Assembly: GCA_027320085.1 (NCBI GenBank)
Contig: DAHVLZ010000009.1
Span: forward strand, 32,001-96,000
Length of the DNA: 64,000 nucleotides
Direction: 5' to 3'
Source: Pseudomonadota bacterium
GTDB taxonomy: Bacteria > Pseudomonadota > Gammaproteobacteria > JAKAQQ01
The stretch's first letter is position 1; each line of letters opens with the position of its first letter. The translations under genes were made by a program, and so were the position numbers. Positions 9,886-19,480 of this stretch are shown one piece after another. Under the pieces are notes generated by a model. It saw nothing but the letters and a program-made list of their open reading frames with translations, made no database searches and was not told the DNA's origin.

Positions 9886-12324
9886 TCATGTTCCGGGGAG
9901 CGCGGTCCCGGTTTCAAGCCAGGACCGGAGCCCTGTCCAGGCCGCCTGGATCTCCCTGCTTTCCGGTTCGCTGAGGAGTCCCCGGGCCACCGCCTGGGAG
10001 AGAATCTCCTGGGGGGTCGCCCCACCAATCAATCCCTGCTCAACTGCGACCCGGAGCCGTGAAACTATGGGCACCACTGCGGCCAAGCTCTCGAAAAGCC
10101 CCTTTCCGGATCCCAGTGGAGCATCCTCGGTCCGGGGGCGGAGATACAGCAGGGTATTCCGCCCGGCGCCGGGAAAACGAACCAGGTCAGCGAGCGCCAT
10201 CCGGCTGGCACGGGGACTTGAGCGACGGCGCAATCTCCTGAACAGAATGAGATGAACCCAGCTTCTCAGGTGACCGGGGGGAAACTCGGCACGGACCCGA
10301 TCAATCGCCTCCTCCATTCGTCCCATACATCCGCCGAGCCTCGTGGCTTCAACCGTCCGGAGCGGATCATCCGACGGGCGCTGCCGCCAGTTCTCCAAGG
10401 ACTGACTCGCGGAAAACCCTTCCGACAGCGCCTGGCAGGCTGCCTCGATCATCTTTCCCTTCGATGGCCCTTCCATCAAACCCTCGCCGGTCAGGTAGTA
10501 GGCATCCAGGAGAAAGGAGAAAACCGAGGAGGCACGGGCCAGGCGACGCGCCGCCTGCAGGCCGGTCCGGTCCCGCTGACCCGTTCTCAGGGGCAACACC
10601 AGTGGGAGCAAAGTCCGGATCAGGGCCCGGGTGGCATGATGCAGAAACCGCCCGACATGTGCAGTCATCAATCGGTCGAACTGTTCTTCTCCCGCTTTGG
10701 CGAGCGTCTTTTGAAGCGCCTGCCGTTCCTGGCTAGCCATACCATGCAGCGCGGCGAGCAATCCGTCCGGGTCCCGCTCATCCCGCTGGCCGGTTCCGGA
10801 AAAGAGACCGGCCTCAATCCAGAGGATGAGCCGGGCCCGCTCCTCGGTCAGGCGTCCGAAAGGCCCGGCAAGACCCGGAGCACCCAAGATAGCGGCGTGC
10901 CCCCGCAACAGGCGGGAGAGCAGATCGGGTGCGTCATCCGGATCAAAAACGGATAGTTCCACCGGCCGGCCGAACGGTTCCTGCCAGTACAGGAGCTCCG
11001 CATGGACACGCTGATCGACTGCCCAGACCATCTCCACCCCTGCCGCCAGGTCGGCTGGACGGGGCGGAGCCACCGATTGGGATCCGGCCTCGAGGAATGT
11101 CGTCCAGCGGCTGGCCTCATCGAGAAAGGCCTGGGCCACACCCAGCGTCATGGCCCGTCGATTGAGTTCCATACGATCCCGGAAAAAGCGGCGGAAGGAT
11201 TCCAGCGGGTCACGATTCATCGCCGCCCCCTGGACCACGAGAATCTGATCCCAAGGCAGGAAGGTTGGGGTCATCCGAAGCCGGTAGGCCTCGAGTCCCC
11301 CACGACGCGCCATGAGATGCCAATCCAAGCACGGATTTGCACGATCGAGAAGCGCAATCGCCACCCGCGGTTGATCTCCCCGGTCATCCAGGAGGTGCTG
11401 CGGGTCGGACAGGCGGAAGGCCAGCAGCACAAGATCGATGCCCTCGGCCATCCAGGTTCCCCATTGTTCGCCCCCAAGCCTGACCCCCAGCACGTTGTCA
11501 CGCTCACCGAAGCGTGCCCGCTCCACCACACCTCCTCCGGGTCGCAGGGCATGCTCCGAGGGTGTCCAGTCCACCAGTGCAGCCACGCTTTCACCCGTGG
11601 CCAGCCGGTCGAGGACCGGCGGTGCGGGAGCCTGCCCGGCCAATAAGGCCAGCAACTCGTAACTGCCGGAAAAGACGGTCCGGGCGGCCAACAGCGCCCA
11701 CGCGGGTTCCCGTGCTGCAAGCTGAGCCAGAACGCGCATCTTGCCCGCCATCGAAATCGCAGGGCCCCGAGCCTCCCGAGAAAGCACCAACCGCCATAAT
11801 CCGAGATCGGCAAAGGCACTGGCCCAGCCCCCGCTCCGCGGAGCGAGATCCCGCGCCGGCAACGATTGCAGGCAGGCCTCGAGCCTTTCGGGAAAGGATT
11901 CGAGCCATGCTCGCTCTTCCTCGTTCGGGGCCGGGGGCGAGGTCCGAGGCGGGGCTCGTGCAAGCCGCAGATGGTCTGTCGCGAAATCGGCAAACCAACC
12001 AATCGTGGGTTCGATGGAGAGCCTTGACCCGAGGTTGGACGGAAGGACCCGCTGGCGATACCGGTGGTAGAGGCGGCCGGTCACGATCCACCTCCGGAGT
12101 TCCGGCAGATTGACCGCCAACAGGAAAGAGAGGATCAGGATCCAGACCAGAAGCAGGTTGAACCAGGCCGTCTGCCAAAAGATCGTGGCCCCGAACAGGA
12201 GGAGCATCAAGCCCGATCCCCAAAGCCAGCGCGACCAGCCCCAGTAGAGGGCAAAGACCATGCCGACCAGTGCCAGTCCGAGCCAAAACCCACCGAATGA
12301 CCAGAGGGGAACCATCTGAGTCAC
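9886..12324 (-). CDS. Degenerate FadE-like acyl-CoA dehydrogenase homolog
   Basis: 812 aa; N-terminal TMs then LPELRRWIV..RVLP; VLGVRL..LAFRLSDPQHLL; DUF1974-like tail; canonical FAD-binding motif not recognisable. Confidence 0.65.
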   Translation of the reverse strand: MTQMVPLWSFGGFWLGLALVGMVFALYWGWSRWLWGSGLMLLLFGATIFWQTAWFNLLLVWILILSFLLAVNLPELRRWIVTGRLYHRYRQRVLPSNLGSRLSIEPTIGWFADFATDHLRLARAPPRTSPPAPNEEERAWLESFPERLEACLQSLPARDLAPRSGGWASAFADLGLWRLVLSREARGPAISMAGKMRVLAQLAAREPAWALLAARTVFSGSYELLALLAGQAPAPPVLDRLATGESVAALVDWTPSEHALRPGGGVVERARFGERDNVLGVRLGGEQWGTWMAEGIDLVLLAFRLSDPQHLLDDRGDQPRVAIALLDRANPCLDWHLMARRGGLEAYRLRMTPTFLPWDQILVVQGAAMNRDPLESFRRFFRDRMELNRRAMTLGVAQAFLDEASRWTTFLEAGSQSVAPPRPADLAAGVEMVWAVDQRVHAELLYWQEPFGRPVELSVFDPDDAPDLLSRLLRGHAAILGAPGLAGPFGRLTEERARLILWIEAGLFSGTGQRDERDPDGLLAALHGMASQERQALQKTLAKAGEEQFDRLMTAHVGRFLHHATRALIRTLLPLVLPLRTGQRDRTGLQAARRLARASSVFSFLLDAYYLTGEGLMEGPSKGKMIEAACQALSEGFSASQSLENWRQRPSDDPLRTVEATRLGGCMGRMEEAIDRVRAEFPPGHLRSWVHLILFRRLRRRSSPRASRMALADLVRFPGAGRNTLLYLRPRTEDAPLGSGKGLFESLAAVVPIVSRLRVAVEQGLIGGATPQEILSQAVARGLLSEPESREIQAAWTGLRSWLETGTALPGT

Positions 12325-12989
12325 TGGGGGGCGTCGGGTTGGTGGTCGGGGTGGGTCAGGGCGAACGCTTCGAGTTCATAGCAGGCTCGTTCTACCCGAC
12401 ACAGTCGGGGGTATGGTGCAAGCTCAACCTCGTAACGCCGGGCGTTGTAAAGCTGGGGTACGAGGCAAACATCGGCCAGAGTCGGTGTCTCACCCCAGCA
12501 AAAGCGATCGTCGGGGCGGATTCGCGAAATCTCGAGTTCGAGGGCTTCCAGTCCGAGGATGACCCAGTGACGGTACCAGACCCGGCGGGCAGGCTCGGGC
12601 TGGTGCAACTCACGCTCCAGATACTGGAGGACCCGCAAGTTGTTGAGCGGATGGATGTCGCAGGCAATGGCTTGGGCCCAGCTCCGGACCTGCGCCCGGG
12701 CAACCGGGTCCCGGGGCAGGAGAGGGGGGGCCGGGTGGCTTTCTTCGAGGTATTCGAGAATTGCCATCGACTGGGTCAGCACAAGCTTTTGATCAATCAG
12801 GGTCGGAACGAGTCCAAGCGGGTTGAGGGCACGGTAAGCCTGGGTGTGCTGTTCGCCACCGTCACGAAGGAGATGCACGCCATGATGGATGGCTTGGATT
12901 CCCTTGTAACGGAGTCCGATCCGGACCCGCCAGGCGGCCGAACTACGGAAGTAGCCGTAGAGTTCCAGACCGGAATCAGGCGCGGACAA
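12321..12989 (-). CDS. maiA: Maleylacetoacetate isomerase (GST zeta; probable TTG start 12989)
   Basis: LYGYFRSSAAWRVRI, IACDIHPLNNLRVL, HPDHQPDA. Confidence 0.93.
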   Translation of the reverse strand: MSAPDSGLELYGYFRSSAAWRVRIGLRYKGIQAIHHGVHLLRDGGEQHTQAYRALNPLGLVPTLIDQKLVLTQSMAILEYLEESHPAPPLLPRDPVARAQVRSWAQAIACDIHPLNNLRVLQYLERELHQPEPARRVWYRHWVILGLEALELEISRIRPDDRFCWGETPTLADVCLVPQLYNARRYEVELAPYPRLCRVERACYELEAFALTHPDHQPDAPQ

Positions 12990-13953
12990 TGTTCTGCTCG
13001 ATGGCACCGAAAACGGAGCGGCCATCCCGGTCATGCATTTCGATACGGATCCGGTCCCCAAAACGGAGAAAGGGCGTTTGGGGTTCCCCGCCGGACAGGA
13101 TCTCGAGCACCCGTCGCTCCGCGAGACAGGAACAACCTCGGGCTGGATCCTGGTTCGCCACGGTTCCCGAGCCCACGAGTGTCCCGGCTCCAAGCGGCCG
13201 TGTCCGGGCGGCATGGGCAACGAGCTCATCAAAACCGAACTGCATATCCACCCCCGCATCCGGATCTCCGAGCCGGATGCCGTTGATCGTGGAACAAAGT
13301 GGACGATGGACCCGGGCATCGGTCCAGTCAGTGCCGAACTCGTCCGGCGTCACCGCCACCGCCGCCAGTGAAGACAGGGGTTTCCCCTGGAGAAAACCGA
13401 AACCCTTGGCCAGTTCGCCGGGAATGAGGTTGCGCAGTGAAACATCGTTGATGAGGGTGATCAGCCGGATATGCGACCGCGCGGCCGATGGTGAAACTCC
13501 CATCGGAACATCGTCCACTATCACACCCACTTCGGCCTCGAGATCAATGCCGTAGGACTCATCGGCCACGGCAACGGGTTCATGGGGTCCCAGGAAGCGG
13601 TCACTCACCGCCTGGTACATCAGGGGATCGACCTTGAAACTGGGAGGCATCTCCGCACCCCGGGCCCGACGCACCCGTTCGACATGAGCCAGATAGGCAC
13701 TGCCATCAACAAACTGGAAAGCACGGGGCAGACAAGCGCCGACCGTCGTGCCGGGAAAGGGCTCGCCTCCCTCCTGGTCCCGTTCGAGGGCGTCCGCCAC
13801 ACGGCGCAAATCCGGCTCGACCTGTACCCACTGTTCGAGTGCCTGAAGGAGCGAGCCGGCGATTTCCGGGACTCGGCGGATCCGGGTCAGGTCGGTCGAA
13901 ACGACGACGAGCGAACCATCGCGCCCATCCCCCGCCACACTCGCCAGCTTCAA
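12976..13953 (-). CDS. Fumarylacetoacetate hydrolase family protein
   Basis: MKLAS..GRDG, DGSAYLAHVE, DLEAEV, NDVSLRN, GSGTV; TTG start with GGAG RBS; between hmgA and maiA. Confidence 0.9.
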   Translation of the reverse strand: MKLASVAGDGRDGSLVVVSTDLTRIRRVPEIAGSLLQALEQWVQVEPDLRRVADALERDQEGGEPFPGTTVGACLPRAFQFVDGSAYLAHVERVRRARGAEMPPSFKVDPLMYQAVSDRFLGPHEPVAVADESYGIDLEAEVGVIVDDVPMGVSPSAARSHIRLITLINDVSLRNLIPGELAKGFGFLQGKPLSSLAAVAVTPDEFGTDWTDARVHRPLCSTINGIRLGDPDAGVDMQFGFDELVAHAARTRPLGAGTLVGSGTVANQDPARGCSCLAERRVLEILSGGEPQTPFLRFGDRIRIEMHDRDGRSVFGAIEQNIVRA

Positions 13954-13992
13954 ACCGGACTCCCTCTGGAAATGCTGAGACGCCCCATCGGT

Positions 13993-15117
13993 TCAGGGTT
14001 TCTTCCACGAATCGGCATACTCCGGCCATTCAATGGCATGGGCGGCTTCTCCCACTTCCAAGGGATCACGCGCGTCCACATTGACCGCCACTTCATTGGT
14101 TCCCGCCGCCTTGGGCTCGAAAATGTTCTTGAGCGCCTTGGGATGAGGACCGTGCGTCACGCCGGAGGGGTGCAGGGTCATCATGCCGGGGTGGATGTTG
14201 TCCCGCGAGAAAAATTCCCCCGCATGGTAGAAGATGATCTCGTCGTAATCCTCGTTGCTGTGAAAGAAAGGAACCTTGATCGCCTTGGGGTCCGTCTCGA
14301 AGGGACGGGGCACGAAAGTGCAGATCACGAAGCGTTCAGACACAAATGTGGTATGTGCGGAGGGTGGGACATGATAGCGATGGCTCATGACCGGTCGGAT
14401 ATCCCGCCAGTTGAGCCGGATCGGCGCATTGGTTCCATGCCAGCCAACTGCATCCAGAGGATTGAAAGGATAGTGGATCCGGGACAACTGGTGGCGTTTT
14501 TTCACAACGACCGTCCAGGGATCTTCCGTCTGCTGCTGCCGGAAGGCCTCATCCATGCGGGGATGGTCCAGCACGGCCGGGTCGTAGAGCGCGGTGGGAC
14601 CCAGGAGCCCCCGATCCGGCAGGCTCAGGGCCTGATTGGTGGCCTCGATCAGGAGGAGCGTGACCGGTCCTCCGGCCTCAAACCGCCAGAGCGTGCCCCG
14701 CGGAACCACGACATAGTCTCCCGCAACCAGTGTCAAATGCCCATAGTCACAGAACCATTCCAGCGTTCCTTCGTGCACGAAAAGAAGCTCGTCCCCATCG
14801 CTGTTGCGCACCAGATGATCCATCGAACGGTCCGACTTCCAAAAGCGGAAGCGGAGCGCCGGGTTGCCGAATAACACGGCCGCCTCCATCGGTGAGGGGG
14901 GGGTGTGGTTGATCCGGGTGCCATCGAACGCGCGCGGACGCAACGGCCCCTCGAAACGGGACCATCCGGTAGGCGGGTGCCGGTGATACATGAGGCTGAC
15001 CGGCCCGTAAAACCCCTCCCGGCCGAGCTCACGCTCATAGCTGCCGGATGGAAGATCCGTATGGGCCTGTCGGGACGTTTCCCCTTCAATCCAGGTGGGC
15101 GCGTTCGATTGAGTCAT
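13993..15117 (-). CDS. hmgA: Homogentisate 1,2-dioxygenase
   Basis: ERELGREGFYG, RNSDGDEL, PFFHSNEDYDE, HPSGVTHGPHP. Confidence 0.93.
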   Translation of the reverse strand: MTQSNAPTWIEGETSRQAHTDLPSGSYERELGREGFYGPVSLMYHRHPPTGWSRFEGPLRPRAFDGTRINHTPPSPMEAAVLFGNPALRFRFWKSDRSMDHLVRNSDGDELLFVHEGTLEWFCDYGHLTLVAGDYVVVPRGTLWRFEAGGPVTLLLIEATNQALSLPDRGLLGPTALYDPAVLDHPRMDEAFRQQQTEDPWTVVVKKRHQLSRIHYPFNPLDAVGWHGTNAPIRLNWRDIRPVMSHRYHVPPSAHTTFVSERFVICTFVPRPFETDPKAIKVPFFHSNEDYDEIIFYHAGEFFSRDNIHPGMMTLHPSGVTHGPHPKALKNIFEPKAAGTNEVAVNVDARDPLEVGEAAHAIEWPEYADSWKKP

Positions 15118-15131
15118 GGCGGCTCCTTAGA

Positions 15132-16184
15132 TCACAGTCGACCCCGTCGTTCCTGATCACGCTCCATGGCCAGGAACAGGGCGCGGAAGTTGCCTTCACC
15201 GAAACCCTCGTTGCCCTTGCGCTGGATGATTTCGAAGAAGATGGGGCCGACGACGGGCTCCGTGAAGATCTGGAGAAGAATCTTCCCGCGATCCTCGGGA
15301 TCGGCATCGATCAACAACTGGTCCCGCTCCAGACGTTTGAGATCCTGGCCATGCTGGGGAATCCGTTCGGGCACCATCTCGTAGTAGGCTGCCGGAGTCG
15401 CGAGGAAGCGGATGCCCGCCTGACCCAGCGATTCGACCGTCTGGTAGATGTCCGCCGTTCCGAGCGCGATATGCTGGATTCCCGGCCCCCGGTAGTCCCT
15501 GAGAAACTCGGCAATCTGGGACTTGTCGTCGGCGGACTCGTTGATGGGGATCCGGACCCGGCCGTCCGGGCTGGTCAGGGCACGGGAGAGAAGCCCGGTT
15601 TTCACACCCTTGATATCGAAATAATGCACTTCATGGAAATTGAAGATCCGCTCGTAGAAAGAGGCCCAGACATCCATCTGTCCCCTCTCCACGTTGTGGG
15701 TGAGATGGTCGATCGTCAGGATCCCCCGACCCCGGACCCGGTCGGGCGGAACGGCGAGTGGCTCATAGTCCGCCTCGTAGGCGCGGTCTCCACCGTAACG
15801 CTCGACCAGGTAGAGCAGGGATCCCCCCACACCCTCGATGACCGGCGTATCCAGGGCGTAATCACGGGACAGGGGAACCGGTCGTGCCCCCAAGGCCACT
15901 GCCCGGGCGGCAGCTTGACGGGCGTCACGAACACGGAGGGCGAATCCACAGGCGGATGGACCGTGCGCTTGCGCAAATCCGGCGGCAAAGCCCGACGGTT
16001 CCTCGTTCAAGAGCAGGTTGGCATCGCCCTGCTGGTACCGGGTGATCCTGAGATGGCGGTGCCGGGCGGTGGGGACAAAGCCCAGCGCTTCAAAAAGGGC
16101 GCGCAAGGGTGCCGGATCGGCAGCTGTAAACTCGACGAATTCGAAACCGTCTGTTCCGAGCGGATTATCATGTTTCGCGGTCAT
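15132..16184 (-). CDS. hppD: 4-hydroxyphenylpyruvate dioxygenase
   Basis: NPLGTDGFEFVEF, DHLTHNV, GIQHIAL, FFEIIQRKGNEGFGEGNF. Confidence 0.96.
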   Translation of the reverse strand: MTAKHDNPLGTDGFEFVEFTAADPAPLRALFEALGFVPTARHRHLRITRYQQGDANLLLNEEPSGFAAGFAQAHGPSACGFALRVRDARQAAARAVALGARPVPLSRDYALDTPVIEGVGGSLLYLVERYGGDRAYEADYEPLAVPPDRVRGRGILTIDHLTHNVERGQMDVWASFYERIFNFHEVHYFDIKGVKTGLLSRALTSPDGRVRIPINESADDKSQIAEFLRDYRGPGIQHIALGTADIYQTVESLGQAGIRFLATPAAYYEMVPERIPQHGQDLKRLERDQLLIDADPEDRGKILLQIFTEPVVGPIFFEIIQRKGNEGFGEGNFRALFLAMERDQERRGRL

Positions 16185-16212
16185 GCAGATCTCGCCATCG
16201 GGTCTTGGCCCC

Positions 16213-16218
16213 ATTATA
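16213..16218 (-). promoter_or_regulatory. Putative -10 box (TATAAT) upstream of hppD
   Basis: Perfect TATAAT on the minus strand about 29 nt upstream of the hppD ATG, in GC-rich DNA. Confidence 0.45.
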
Positions 16219-16229
16219 GCGGTCGGGCC

Positions 16230-17078
16230 TCACGCACCATCGCCACCCCCATAGAGGCTCGATCTAACTGCTCGAATTTCAGGGAAAAATCTCAGACTTA
16301 ACGTCGTCTCCAGAAATCCGACCCCGCTCGTGCCTCCGGTCCCCGGCAAATCCCCGATCGTGCGTTCGACCGCACGTACATGGCGAAAGCGCCAGAGCTG
16401 GATGGCTTCCTCTAAATCCATGAACTTTTCGGCTGTCTCGTAGACCTCCCAGTGTTTTTCCGGATTCCGGTAAACCTCGGCCAGAACCTCCCGGATGCGT
16501 GGATCCACTCCCGTGGCTGCCCGCTCGGGCCCATCGGCCGGGATCGGATAACCTGCCCGGGCCAGGGCTGCGATGAACCGGTCATACACGCTCGGCCGTG
16601 TGTGCCAGCGGGCGAGGAGATCCTGGCCCGCCCCCGGCACGGCCTGCCATGCCGGCGCGGCGGGCTCGCGGTAACCCAATGCGTACTCGACGGCCCTGAA
16701 CTGGAAGGACTGCGAGCCGGATGCCTGACCCAGCCCACCGCGAAAGAGTCGGTAATCGCTCGGGGTCATGGTCTCGAGCACCTGCCAGATTCCAGACAGT
16801 TGCCCGAAGACGACCTCGCATCGGGACAATCGCTTGCAGGCAGCCAAGAGTTGGCCCTGGTCAAAATCAGCGATGGCCTGGTCCAGCTCATGGAGGACGA
16901 GCTTGAACCAGAGTTCCGAGATCTGGTGGACCAGAATAAAGAGGAGCTCGTCGCTGGCCTTGATCGCGGAACGCGGTTCCTGGAGGGCCAGCAAGCGCTC
17001 GAGTGCAAGATATTCTGGATAGCTTCCGGCGGGCTGTACCGGACACTGGCCCGTTTCACCGGAAATCGGTTTAGTCAT
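16230..17078 (-). CDS. kynA: Tryptophan 2,3-dioxygenase
   Basis: YPEYLALERLL, DELLFILVHQISELWFK, ASGSQSFQFR, WRFRH..VERTIG..GTGGTSG. Confidence 0.93.
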   Translation of the reverse strand: MTKPISGETGQCPVQPAGSYPEYLALERLLALQEPRSAIKASDELLFILVHQISELWFKLVLHELDQAIADFDQGQLLAACKRLSRCEVVFGQLSGIWQVLETMTPSDYRLFRGGLGQASGSQSFQFRAVEYALGYREPAAPAWQAVPGAGQDLLARWHTRPSVYDRFIAALARAGYPIPADGPERAATGVDPRIREVLAEVYRNPEKHWEVYETAEKFMDLEEAIQLWRFRHVRAVERTIGDLPGTGGTSGVGFLETTLSLRFFPEIRAVRSSLYGGGDGA

Positions 17079-17386
17079 GGGTTATCACCTCCTGCTCATG
17101 CTACCGCAAACCCACAGGTGAACCGCTGGCTGGGGTTGGGTGAGGCCCATCCCCGTTGGGAAGCATCCCACCCCGCACTCGGCCTGCCGACGGACCCTTC
17201 GGATTCCACACATGTACGCCCTTCGAAGACACCTCGGATCACATCCATTGCCGATCGCTCGCTATTGGCAGCACACGCCATCGCCAGGCAATTGGATCAC
17301 TGGGTGTGAGATGAAAATGCATAGACTCACCCGAAGGCCGCAATTGCCCGATCCTGCCGGCCGCGCCCGCCATGTCCGCACCGTTC

Positions 17387-17392
17387 TATAAT
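17387..17392 (+). promoter_or_regulatory. Putative -10 box (TATAAT) for the 2-oxoacid dehydrogenase operon
   Basis: Perfect TATAAT about 30 nt upstream of the TTG start at 17422, which has a GGAGAGAGG RBS. Confidence 0.45.
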
Positions 17393-17421
17393 GTGCGGCG
17401 TCTGCCTGCTGGAGAGAGGCT

Positions 17422-18507
17422 TTGTCCATAACGACCGCAGCCCGATTTGAAATCAAGTACCGCTCGTATCTCACCCCGGAGGGGCGGCTTGTGGGCACCC
17501 CACCCGCGATCGCATCAGACGCCGATTTGCTCAAGCGGCTCTACCGCATGATGGTTCTTGTCCGGATCTTCGATAGCAAGGCCATTGCCCTCCAGCGGAC
17601 AGGACAACTGGGGACCTATGCCTCCTGCCTCGGTCATGAGGCCACCCATGTCGCCACTGGGGCCGCGATGAGGCCGGAGGATGTTTTTTTCCCCATGTAT
17701 CGAGAATACGGCACCCAACTCTGGCGCGGGGTCCACATGGAGGAAATTCTGGCGTTCTGGGGTGGCGATGAGCGGGGAACCGCATTCCAGAACCAGCCGC
17801 TCGATTTCCCATGGGCGGTTCCAATCGCCACGCAAACCCTTCACGCGGCTGGTGCGGCCTTGGCCTTCAAGTTGCGGGGGGAAAAGCGGGTGGCGGTTAC
17901 CGTCATCGGGGACGGCGGCACTTCCCAAGGGGACTTCTACGAGTCCCTGAATGCGGCCGGTGCCTTTCGGCTGCCTGCGGTATTCGTGATTGTCAATAAT
18001 CAATGGGCGATTTCGGTTCCACTGAAAGCACAAACCGCCTGCGAGACCCTGGCCCAGAAGGCCATTGCCGCAGGGCTGCCCGGCGTCCAGGTCGACGGCA
18101 ACGACGTGCTCGCAGTCCACGAAGCGGTCACCGAAGCCGTGGAACGGGCCCGTACCGGGGACGGAGCCAGTGTGATCGAGGCCTTGACCTACCGGCTGTC
18201 CGACCACACGACGGCGGACGATGCCCGGCGTTATCGGTCCGCCGCTGAAGTGGAAGACGCCCAGAAGAAAGAGCCCATTGGAAGGCTCAAGCGCCTGCTC
18301 ATGGCCCGCAAGCTATGGAGTGATGAGGAGGAAAAGACCTTGATCCAAGACTGTCAGCACCAGGTCGATGCGGCTGTCCAAGCCTACCAAGCCTACGGCA
18401 AGCCTCCCCGCTCCGACATGTTTGACTATACCTTCGCCGAACTCCCCGAATCACTCCAGGCTGAGCGTGCGAAAGCCCTCGCCGAGGAGGGATCCCACCA
18501 TGGCTAA
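17422..18507 (+). CDS. pdhA: Pyruvate/branched-chain 2-oxoacid dehydrogenase E1 alpha
   Basis: TPP motif GDGGTS..NN, HTTADD; context suggests branched-chain substrates. Confidence 0.88.
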   Translation: MSITTAARFEIKYRSYLTPEGRLVGTPPAIASDADLLKRLYRMMVLVRIFDSKAIALQRTGQLGTYASCLGHEATHVATGAAMRPEDVFFPMYREYGTQLWRGVHMEEILAFWGGDERGTAFQNQPLDFPWAVPIATQTLHAAGAALAFKLRGEKRVAVTVIGDGGTSQGDFYESLNAAGAFRLPAVFVIVNNQWAISVPLKAQTACETLAQKAIAAGLPGVQVDGNDVLAVHEAVTEAVERARTGDGASVIEALTYRLSDHTTADDARRYRSAAEVEDAQKKEPIGRLKRLLMARKLWSDEEEKTLIQDCQHQVDAAVQAYQAYGKPPRSDMFDYTFAELPESLQAERAKALAEEGSHHG

Positions 18508-19480
18508 GGTCACGCTCGTCGAGGCGGTGAACCTGGCACTCGCGAGAGCGCTAGCCGACGATCCCCGGGTGGTCCTCCTGGGAGAGGATATCGGAGTGAA
18601 TGGGGGCGTGTTCCGCGCCACCGTGGGGCTCCAGGAACGCTTCGGCCCCAACCGCGTCCTCGACACCCCGCTTGCGGAATCAATGATTGCCGGCCTCGCG
18701 ATCGGAATGGCGGCGATGGGGATGCGGCCGGTTGCGGAAATCCAGTTCTCGGGTTTCATTTATCCCACCATCGACCAGATGATCAATCATGCCGGGCGCC
18801 TGCGTACCCGGACACGCGGCCGGCTGTCGGTCCCGATGGTCCTGCGGGCACCGAGCGGTGCCGGCATCCATGCCCCCGAGCACCATTCTGAAAGCAACGA
18901 ATCCCTGTTTGCCCATATGCCGGGAATCCGGGTGGTCATGCCCTCCTCGCCGACCCGCGCCTATGGTCTCTTGCTCGCAGCCATTCAGGATCCGGATCCG
19001 GTTGTTTTCTTTGAGCCGACCCGCCTCTACCGGCTCAACAAGCAGGAGGTTGAAGATGACGGACAACCGCTGCCGCTCGACACCTGTTTCGTCCTGCGTG
19101 AGGGCCACGATCTGACCTTCGTCAGTTGGGGGGCCATGCTCCACGAAACTCTCGAGGCCGCCCGTTTGCTCGCCGAAACCGAACAGGTTTCCGCCGAGGT
19201 CATCGATCTCGGGACACTGAGCCCGATTGATTATGAGACCATCCTCGAGTCCGTGGGCCGGACCGGCCGGCTTGTCATTGTTCATGAAGCCCCGCGCACT
19301 GCAGGACTGGGCGCGGAGATCGCCGCTGAAGTTGCCGAGCGGGCACTGTACGAGCTCGAGGCACCGATCGTCCGGGTCACGGGTTACGATGTGGTCACTC
19401 CCTTCTTCAAGCTCGAACACGATTTCATGCCCTCGGTCGACCGGATCCGGCGGGCTGCCCACCAGGTACTCGAACCATGA
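18500..19480 (+). CDS. 2-oxoacid dehydrogenase E1 beta
   Basis: GEDIGVNGGVFRAT, DTPLAE, EIQF, EHHSES. Confidence 0.92.
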   Translation: MAKVTLVEAVNLALARALADDPRVVLLGEDIGVNGGVFRATVGLQERFGPNRVLDTPLAESMIAGLAIGMAAMGMRPVAEIQFSGFIYPTIDQMINHAGRLRTRTRGRLSVPMVLRAPSGAGIHAPEHHSESNESLFAHMPGIRVVMPSSPTRAYGLLLAAIQDPDPVVFFEPTRLYRLNKQEVEDDGQPLPLDTCFVLREGHDLTFVSWGAMLHETLEAARLLAETEQVSAEVIDLGTLSPIDYETILESVGRTGRLVIVHEAPRTAGLGAEIAAEVAERALYELEAPIVRVTGYDVVTPFFKLEHDFMPSVDRIRRAAHQVLEP

